A program made the position numbers and the translations under genes. From Nonlabens ponticola (lineage in GTDB: Bacteria; Bacteroidota; Bacteroidia; Flavobacteriales; Flavobacteriaceae), in the NCBI RefSeq assembly GCF_003966335.1, contig NZ_CP034549.1:660001-692000 (forward strand): 32,000 nt of DNA. Reading direction: 5' to 3'. Positions 25,453 through 32,000 of this stretch are shown here, in pieces (positions within the stretch are counted from its first letter, which is position 1; each line of letters starts with the position of its first letter). The notes beneath the pieces are model-generated. The model had not been told where the DNA came from and did not search any database. It saw only the letters and a list, made by a program, of their open reading frames with translations.

Positions 25453-27670
25453 GACCTAAATAAAATTTAAAAACGGAACCCTCATTAGGTGTTCCTTGTG
25501 CCCAGATCTCGCCGCCGTGTTTGATCACCACGCGTTGCACAATAGCAAGGCCTACACCAGTTCCTTCATATTCATCCTTAAACAGCCTACTAAAAACACC
25601 AAAAATCTTTGTTGCGTACTCTTGATCAAATCCAATGCCGTTGTCCTTGACAAAATATATTTCTTTCTCACCATCGTTTTTTGAACCTATTTCAACGACT
25701 GGATTCTCTTTTTTTGAAGAGTATTTGAGAGCATTGCTTATGAGGTTTGCAAATAACTGATAAATCATACTTGCATCGCCATACAAATCTGGCATTTGAT
25801 CGTCTATGATAATCCTACTATCTGGATACTTGACGTGGTATCTGTTCTCTTTGAGGATACGCTCACATAGTTGAGGCAGCTTGATATGGTCATCGATAAG
25901 CGTCGTTTGACTCATGCTGCTATAACTTAGAATATCGTCCATGAGGCTATTCATCTTACTAGCGCTATTGATAATGGTATTCAAAGAGTCTTTACCATAT
26001 TCATCCAATACATCGTCATAGTCTTCCTTAAGTATTTGTGCAAAACCGTCGATACCGCGCAATGGCCCACGCAAGTCGTGACTAACACTATAACTAAAGC
26101 TTTCCAATTCCTGATTCAAGCTTTCTAATCGTTTGTTTAGCATCTTGATCTCGCCATATCTAGTGACGATGATGTTTTTTACATCAGACACTAATGCTTG
26201 TGCGCTGGCTTTCTCATGGTCTTCCCATGGTTCACTGGTACATTTTACCGTTTGAGAGTACTTTTCAAATGATTTGCGAGGTGACAACCTGTTTTCAGAC
26301 TCGTTGTCAAGATCCGTTTTAGATGGATCGCCGCCCCAATTTATTTGTGACAGCTTCTCTTTTTTGAACCAGATGAGCGCTTCATCGTTTTTATTTGAGA
26401 TTTTAAAATACAGTATTCCAGAGAGGTCTTTACCGTACTTACTTGTCCATGGAAATACTGCAGACAAGCAGTCTGTTTCAAAATACTGTTCTTCTTTGCC
26501 TATCTTTTTACGTATCTCATTGGACAATCGCTGCATTACTTTGCGATCTGGACAAGTGCCTATCGTTGCATATTCTTGATCGTAGAACACAGCAAACCCA
26601 TGGGCAGGTATAAGGCTTTTACCTGTTGTTTGAAAACTAGTAAGTCCAGCTACAATGTCCCAATTTTTACTCATCTGCTTGACGAGTTTTGAGCGTACGG
26701 CAGCAGCTTTATTGATATTCTTAATGTGAACATCACTGTTTTTGAGCGTGATTTGGTTACTTACCATTTCAGCAAGAAGTTGACAGGACTTTCTTTTATG
26801 GTAACCTATAAACTTTGGCGAGTAGTGATGACAGGCGATCAAGCCCCATAGTTTACCATTGTGAACGATGGCGCAATTGAGCGTGGCATCCACTTTCATA
26901 TTATTCAAATACTCAACATGAATGGGTGATGAACCACGCAAGTGTGATTTACCTGTAGGCAGCAATGCGCCAGTAACAGGATTGATAGATGGTAAGATAT
27001 CGCTGTAAGATCTGGATAGATCACTTAAAATACGCACGCCTTGTTCAAGAAACAATTTGCGAGCATTTGCAGGAATGTCGCCTGCTGGATAATGTAATCC
27101 CAGCCATGATTTAAGTTCAGGTTCACGCGCCTCTGCAACGATCTCACCATTCCATTGATCGTCAAAACGGTAAACCATGACCCTGTCATAATCTAGCATA
27201 TCTTTTACAAGATCTGCGATGGATTGTGTGAGCTCTTGAGCGGTTCCAGTCTTATGCAAATTATGCAAAACATCCAGCATTTCCTGCTGGAAGGCAATAG
27301 GATCCCAATCAAATGTTTCAGGCTCAATATCTATAAGGGTCAATGCATCGACTTGATGAGGTATGGCAGTATATTGATGATCGCCAGACTTAAAAATAAA
27401 CGGCACATGATCCTTCTTCTTTATTAGCCAAGAGTTGAATCGTTCACTAGTAGCTTTATCACATAAATCTTCTAACCTTTTACCCAAGGCATCAGCATGA
27501 TTGATGTCTAGAAATTCATGGATGTTTTGAGATACTTGAATGACCTCTTGTTTGTTATCAAGAACCAATAAAAACCCATGATGTTGCGTCCTAGGTATCA
27601 GGTGAATAGGCTCGCTCTCGCAGGTGGTTATATCCGTAGGTTCTGGATAAGATGTGAGGTTATTTTCCAT
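25436..27670 (-). CDS. bphP: Bacteriophytochrome histidine kinase (PAS-GAF-PHY-HisKA-HATPase)
   Basis: The N-terminal Cys context is DITTCESEPIHLIPRTQHHG. GAF motifs are HYPAGDIPANARKLF and SPIHVEYLNNMKVDATL. The PHY tongue motif is SPRKSFEKY. The H-box is FSYSVSHDLRGPL and the ATP lid is VKDNGIGFD and GTGVGLAIV. I prefer the ATG at 27670; the ORF track uses the TTG at 27679. Confidence 0.9.
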   Translation of the reverse strand: MENNLTSYPEPTDITTCESEPIHLIPRTQHHGFLLVLDNKQEVIQVSQNIHEFLDINHADALGKRLEDLCDKATSERFNSWLIKKKDHVPFIFKSGDHQYTAIPHQVDALTLIDIEPETFDWDPIAFQQEMLDVLHNLHKTGTAQELTQSIADLVKDMLDYDRVMVYRFDDQWNGEIVAEAREPELKSWLGLHYPAGDIPANARKLFLEQGVRILSDLSRSYSDILPSINPVTGALLPTGKSHLRGSSPIHVEYLNNMKVDATLNCAIVHNGKLWGLIACHHYSPKFIGYHKRKSCQLLAEMVSNQITLKNSDVHIKNINKAAAVRSKLVKQMSKNWDIVAGLTSFQTTGKSLIPAHGFAVFYDQEYATIGTCPDRKVMQRLSNEIRKKIGKEEQYFETDCLSAVFPWTSKYGKDLSGILYFKISNKNDEALIWFKKEKLSQINWGGDPSKTDLDNESENRLSPRKSFEKYSQTVKCTSEPWEDHEKASAQALVSDVKNIIVTRYGEIKMLNKRLESLNQELESFSYSVSHDLRGPLRGIDGFAQILKEDYDDVLDEYGKDSLNTIINSASKMNSLMDDILSYSSMSQTTLIDDHIKLPQLCERILKENRYHVKYPDSRIIIDDQMPDLYGDASMIYQLFANLISNALKYSSKKENPVVEIGSKNDGEKEIYFVKDNGIGFDQEYATKIFGVFSRLFKDEYEGTGVGLAIVQRVVIKHGGEIWAQGTPNEGSVFKFYLGHGGIK

Positions 27671-27795
27671 AAACTTCAAAGTTTTTAAAAATAGTCTTTT
27701 CCTCGATTTTTCTTACAATATGTTTAATGAAAATAATTGAATACTGAGAATTCTTTAAAAACAGGACTACAACTAGCTTTACGTCCTTTATCCTG

Positions 27796-27803
27796 TATTT
27801 TTG
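27796..27803 (+). promoter_or_regulatory. Candidate -7 box (TATTTTTG) only 4 nt upstream of the bioF ATG
   Basis: It matches TAnnTTTG. If used, the bioF transcript would be leaderless or nearly so. Confidence 0.3.
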
Positions 27804-27807
27804 GTGC

Positions 27808-28929
27808 ATGCTACCAGACAAACTTCTCGCGCGATTAACGACCCGTCATCAGGCTGGTAGCATGCGTGAGCTCAAGGTCATTAGCAATCTTATCGATTTT
27901 GCTTCAAATGATTACCTGGGTTATGCTCGCCATAAATATGACATTGCTTGTATTTCTAATGGTGCTACAGGATCGCGACTGCTCACTGGCCAGAGTATTT
28001 TACACCAGCAGGTAGAAGAAAAAGTGGCTCATTTTCACGAGGCAGAATCTGCATTACTGTTCAATTCTGGATATGATGCAAATTTGGGTTTGATTAGCAG
28101 CGTTGCCCTGCGTGGTGATTTAATTTTATACGATGAGCTGGTACACGCCAGCATCAGGGATGCCATTAATTTGAGCTATGCCCGGGCTCTTAAATTTCGC
28201 CACAATGACTTGGGTCATTTGTCTATTTTGCTAGAGAAATTTAGCGATGGTGATGATCGCAATGTTTATATAATTACAGAGAGTGTTTTTTCCATGGACG
28301 GCGATACGCCTAACCTCGTAGCGCTTGTAGAGCTCGCACAAACGGTAGGAAACGCTCATATAATCTTGGATGAGGCTCATGCGACAGGTGTGATAGGCAA
28401 TAAAGGGCAAGGCGCCGCGCAGGCCTATGATTTAAACCAGGATATTTTTGCTCGTGTAGTGACGTTCAGTAAGTCATTGGGTTGCCACGGCGCGGCTGTT
28501 TTAGGAGGTTTTGACCTCACACAATACTTGGTCAATTATGCTCGCAGTTTTATTTATACGACCGCGTTACCGCAGCATGCGTTACATACGATTTTGGCGG
28601 CATATGACCAGCTTCAACAGGATGAGAAGTCGGTGCAGCAATTGCAATCTTTGATCGCGCAGTTCAATAAGATGATTGTTCAAAATGGTTTGAGATTACG
28701 CTTTCGCGAAAGCGTAACACCCATCCAACTATGCATTATAAAAGGTAACGAGAGGACCCGACGAGCCTCACAACAATTGGCGGAAGCTGGATTTGATGTG
28801 CGACCTATTCTATCGCCTACAGTTCCTGCTGGGCATGAACGATTGCGTATTTGTCTGCACACGTTCAACACGCCGCAACAATGCGAGGAGTTGCTGCAAA
28901 AACTGGCCAACATTATCAAAGAACTATGA
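27808..28929 (+). CDS. bioF: 8-amino-7-oxononanoate synthase
   Basis: The alpha-oxoamine synthase pattern is present: NDYLGY, GSRLLTG, DEAHATGV, the PLP lysine in TFSKSLG, and PTVPAGHERLRI. Confidence 0.9.
   Translation: MLPDKLLARLTTRHQAGSMRELKVISNLIDFASNDYLGYARHKYDIACISNGATGSRLLTGQSILHQQVEEKVAHFHEAESALLFNSGYDANLGLISSVALRGDLILYDELVHASIRDAINLSYARALKFRHNDLGHLSILLEKFSDGDDRNVYIITESVFSMDGDTPNLVALVELAQTVGNAHIILDEAHATGVIGNKGQGAAQAYDLNQDIFARVVTFSKSLGCHGAAVLGGFDLTQYLVNYARSFIYTTALPQHALHTILAAYDQLQQDEKSVQQLQSLIAQFNKMIVQNGLRLRFRESVTPIQLCIIKGNERTRRASQQLAEAGFDVRPILSPTVPAGHERLRICLHTFNTPQQCEELLQKLANIIKEL
28696..28717. repeat. GCTTTCGCGAAAGC palindrome copy extended to a 22-bp perfect palindrome (TTACGCTTTCGCGAAAGCGTAA) inside bioF
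   Basis: Read directly. The core is at 28700-28713 and is translated as RLRFRESVT. Confidence 0.95.
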
Positions 28930-29339
28930 AAAAGTTCAAGACGGTGGCCATATTTGTCTATCCAGCCGAGGCGCAAGTCATCAAGGCAAAGCTAGAAAGT
29001 GAAGGCATCGATGTATTCCTGCGCAATGAATATACGGTCGCTGCAGAGCCTTTTGCGAGCAACGCGATGGGCGGCGTCAAGATGCAGGTCTATAAAGAGG
29101 ATTTCCTGCGCGCATTAGGACTTATTGAGAAAGGCTCGCCAGATTTCTCGCAAACAATAACAGAACTTCTTAAGTGTCCCAATTGTAGTAAACGCAGCGT
29201 GAGAGAACAACATGACGTGACTACAGCCACCAACACTGCTGATCGTTTGAAAGCAGTCCTTTACAGTGTTGTTCCTTTTATCGATCACAAGAATTACAAA
29301 TGCACTAGTTGTGCGCATGAATTTGATTTGAATGAATAG
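28926..29339 (+). CDS. DUF2007-like (PII-fold-like 'putative signal transducing') domain fused to a CxxC...CxxC zinc ribbon
   Basis: The ATG at 28926 overlaps the bioF TGA (ATGA); the ORF-track start at 28851 lies inside bioF. The N-terminus is KTVAIFVYPAEAQVIKAKLESEGIDVFLRNE...GGVKMQVYKEDFLRA. The C-terminus carries CPNC ... CTSC. Confidence 0.6.
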   Translation: MKKFKTVAIFVYPAEAQVIKAKLESEGIDVFLRNEYTVAAEPFASNAMGGVKMQVYKEDFLRALGLIEKGSPDFSQTITELLKCPNCSKRSVREQHDVTTATNTADRLKAVLYSVVPFIDHKNYKCTSCAHEFDLNE

Positions 29340-29949
29340 CTATTTTATCACAGGAATAGGAACTGATGTTGGGAAAACGGTGGTAGCCGCCATCATTACC
29401 AAGGCTCTTGAGGCAGACTACTGGAAACCCATACAAAGCGGTCTTGATGAGACCGATAAAGGAACCATGAGTGCACTATTGCCCAATCATTCAGGAACCT
29501 TTCATAAAGAGGCTTATCGATTGAAAACGCCTATGAGTCCACACAAAGCTGCGGAGATTGATGGAGTAACTATTGATTTAACCATGATTTCGAGACCACA
29601 AACCAAGAATCATCTAGTCGTTGAAGGCGCTGGCGGTTTGTTGGTCCCATTAAATGATGAAAACACGATTGCTGATTTGATCGCCTCTACCGATAAAGTC
29701 ATTCTAGTAAGTGCCGGTTATTTGGGTAGTATCAATCACACGCTGATGAGTGTAGAGTGTTTAAAATCCAGAGGGATTACTTGTGCTGGCATCATATACA
29801 ATCATGTAGAACTGGATGGTACTATTGAAATTATTGAACAAATGACTGGTGTACCGACCATAGGTCATATTGAAAAGCACGATGTGATTACACCAGAGTT
29901 GATTGCCCATTACGCTACTACATTCAAAGAAAAATTGCTGGCCTTATGA
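29332..29949 (+). CDS. bioD: Dethiobiotin synthase
   Basis: It has the P-loop ITGIGTDVGKT, then YWKPIQSG and VVEGAGGLLVPL. The start overlaps the upstream gene by 8 nt. Confidence 0.9.
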   Translation: MNSYFITGIGTDVGKTVVAAIITKALEADYWKPIQSGLDETDKGTMSALLPNHSGTFHKEAYRLKTPMSPHKAAEIDGVTIDLTMISRPQTKNHLVVEGAGGLLVPLNDENTIADLIASTDKVILVSAGYLGSINHTLMSVECLKSRGITCAGIIYNHVELDGTIEIIEQMTGVPTIGHIEKHDVITPELIAHYATTFKEKLLAL

Positions 29950-31220
29950 CTAAAGAGCAGCTACTTAAGATTGATGCTCAAAATATCTGGCATCCATTAA
30001 CGCAACATAAAACCGCTGCAGCGCCTTTACCTATTGCACGAGCAGAAGGTAATTACCTGATCGATCATAACGGCAAGAAACACCTTGATGCTATATCTAG
30101 CTGGTACACTTGTAGTTACGGTCATGTAAATCCTGTGCTCACAAATGCTCTTAAAGAACAGGTTGATCAATTACATCACGTGGTTTTTGCAGGAATGACA
30201 CATGAACCAGCGGCACGTCTGTCAGAAAAGCTGCTTAATATTCTACCTTATAATCAGTCAAAATTGTTCTTTTCTGAAAATGGCTCGACCAGTGTTGAGA
30301 TTGCGATCAAGATGGCGTTTCAATATCATTTTAATCGTGGTGAGAAACGCAATGTTGTTTTAGCCTTAGAAAATGGTTTTCACGGCGATACGTTTGGTGC
30401 GATGAGTGCCTCTGGATTGTCGGTTTATAATGGACCTTTTGAGGATTTGCTTATTAAAGTTGAGCGCATTCCAGCACCAACTTCTAACAATATTGAAGAG
30501 GTTCTGGAAGAAGCAGCAAGAATTTTTGAAGAGCATCAGGTTTCCAGTTTCATTTATGAACCGCTGGTACAAGGCGCTGCCGCGATGCAGTTAAACGATC
30601 CGCAGGCTTTGTGCAGATTGTTGAGATTGTGTCAAGAATATGGAGTGGTTACCATTGCCGATGAGGTGATGACCGGATTTGGTAAAACAGGAACTTATTT
30701 TGCCAGTGATCACGTGCTCAACAAACCAGACATTATGTGCTTATCCAAGGCATTGACTGGTGGCATTATGCCCATGGCAATTACTAGTTGCTCGCAAGAG
30801 ATTTATGATGCTTTTCTAGACGATGATACCAGTCGTGGATTTTTTCATGGTCACACCTATTCTGGGAATCCGTTGGGATGCGCAGTCGCAGCCGCTGCGA
30901 TTGATTTATTGACTAGCGATGAGATCCAGCACCAACTCAAAGCTATAGTCAAGGCTCACCAGCTTTTTAAGTCAAGACTGTTGGAGCATGATCAAGTTGA
31001 ATCAGTACGTACCTGCGGTGTGATTCTCGCCTTTGATCTTGTTGGTGAAATATCGCGCTATGGCGATGAGCGCAATGCGATATTTCAATGGTTTTGGAAT
31101 AAGGAGATCTTCTTGAGACCGTTGGGAAGAACTATATACATCGTACCACCATTTACTACCACTGCGGTAGAGTTGCAGCAAGTGTATGAAGTGATGATAG
31201 AGTTTCTGGATCAGCGGTAA
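29946..31220 (+). CDS. bioA: Adenosylmethionine-8-amino-7-oxononanoate aminotransferase
   Basis: The class III aminotransferase pattern is present: IWHPLTQH, SSWYTCSYGH, GFHGDTFGAMS, ADEVMTGFGKTG and the PLP lysine in LSKALTGG. ATGA overlaps the bioD stop. Confidence 0.92.
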   Translation: MTKEQLLKIDAQNIWHPLTQHKTAAAPLPIARAEGNYLIDHNGKKHLDAISSWYTCSYGHVNPVLTNALKEQVDQLHHVVFAGMTHEPAARLSEKLLNILPYNQSKLFFSENGSTSVEIAIKMAFQYHFNRGEKRNVVLALENGFHGDTFGAMSASGLSVYNGPFEDLLIKVERIPAPTSNNIEEVLEEAARIFEEHQVSSFIYEPLVQGAAAMQLNDPQALCRLLRLCQEYGVVTIADEVMTGFGKTGTYFASDHVLNKPDIMCLSKALTGGIMPMAITSCSQEIYDAFLDDDTSRGFFHGHTYSGNPLGCAVAAAAIDLLTSDEIQHQLKAIVKAHQLFKSRLLEHDQVESVRTCGVILAFDLVGEISRYGDERNAIFQWFWNKEIFLRPLGRTIYIVPPFTTTAVELQQVYEVMIEFLDQR

Positions 31221-31276
31221 GTTTTTGATTTGTTGAAGTAAGTTTAGACCCATTTTCCTCATTTTTGCAGGCTCTT

Positions 31277-32000
31277 ATGCTGCTAGAAAATCCTATTTAC
31301 ATTCATGATACGGCGCTGGTTTCACCATTGGGCGATACTGGTTTTGATTCTCATCAAACCAATTTTGCACAGCAAGATGATGTTCTGGTAGGTCGTATCG
31401 ATGATCAATTTAAACAAGAACTTGAGGTGCTTGTCAAAAAACATCCTAAGTATCGCAATCTCGACAGATCTACGTTGCTCGCTATTCTAGCCGCTAGAAA
31501 GTTGCAGATTACTGATGCACAAACGGCGGTAAATATAGGTAGCAGTCGTGGTGCAACGGGAATTTGGGAAGATGCGTATAGTAGCTTTCGCGAAAGCGGA
31601 ACAACACCAACGCAAACCTCACCACTAACAACATTAGGAAATTTAAGTAGCTGGGTTGCACAGGATTTAGGAACTATAGGAACCGCTTTTTCCCACAGTA
31701 TCACGTGCGCCACCGCTTCACACGCAGTGCTTAATGCTATCGCGTGGTTAAACGCAGGAATGGCAACCAGCTTTATCGCCGGTGGTGCAGAGGCGCCGCT
31801 TACTGATTTCACTATTAAACAGATGCAGGCGTTGCGTATCTATTCCCAACAATCTGCCGAGTTTCCTTGCCGTGCCTTGGATCAAAATAAGAATCAAAAC
31901 ATGATGATTCTAGGCGAGGCAGCGGCGTGTTTACTGTTGTCAAAAAAGCCTGTCAAAGGTGGTATCAAAATTATAGGATATGGTACCTCTATTGAGAAGT
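31277..32000 (+). CDS. KAS I/II-family beta-ketoacyl synthase-like protein, 3' end outside the window
   Basis: This is my own translation from the ATG at 31277, and the frame is open to the window end. It reads MLLENPIYIHDTALVSPLGDT...NIGSSRGATG...AFSHSITCATASHAVLNAIAWL (active-site Cys context)...FIAGGAEAPLT...ILGEAAACLLLS. It lies 56 nt downstream of bioA on the same strand. Confidence 0.75.
   Translation, partial: MLLENPIYIHDTALVSPLGDTGFDSHQTNFAQQDDVLVGRIDDQFKQELEVLVKKHPKYRNLDRSTLLAILAARKLQITDAQTAVNIGSSRGATGIWEDAYSSFRESGTTPTQTSPLTTLGNLSSWVAQDLGTIGTAFSHSITCATASHAVLNAIAWLNAGMATSFIAGGAEAPLTDFTIKQMQALRIYSQQSAEFPCRALDQNKNQNMMILGEAAACLLLSKKPVKGGIKIIGYGTSIEK
31584..31597. repeat. GCTTTCGCGAAAGC palindrome copy inside the KAS-like gene
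   Basis: Read directly. It is translated as SFRES in EDAYSSFRESGTTP. Confidence 0.95.

Noticed and set aside
31405-31812. A 135-aa minus-strand ORF near the window end.
   Set aside because: It lies wholly antisense to the KAS-like gene, whose translation shows clear condensing-enzyme motifs. The antisense product has a low-complexity A/V/L composition.

Overview
This window looks like a chromosomal segment from a Flavobacteriaceae-type (Bacteroidota) genome. Supporting signs are TAnnTTTG-type -7 promoter boxes, weak or absent Shine-Dalgarno spacing, DUF4292/DUF4270/SPOR lipoprotein families and a short ATP synthase epsilon subunit. I cannot verify the taxon without a database search.

About 38 densely packed genes are present, mostly housekeeping: pheS, xth, radA, panCD, glmS, atpDC and bioF-bioD-bioA. 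One accessory-looking block on the minus strand (22.2-27.7 kb) holds a bacteriophytochrome operon (bphP, two output-less response regulators, heme oxygenase). Directly after it comes a DUF2975-DUF2975-XRE operon with a tandem operator-like repeat over its promoter.

The most unusual signal is not a gene. The 14-bp perfect palindrome GCTTTCGCGAAAGC occurs 7 times perfectly and twice with one mismatch. Most copies lie inside conserved genes, and all three reading frames are used. A tenth copy is split exactly at its centre by a 49-nt hairpin-containing insertion that frameshifts a small conserved gene (5746-6211).

I saw no rRNA, tRNA, CRISPR array, transposase or integrase. All family assignments come from motif recognition in the supplied translations, not from searches.
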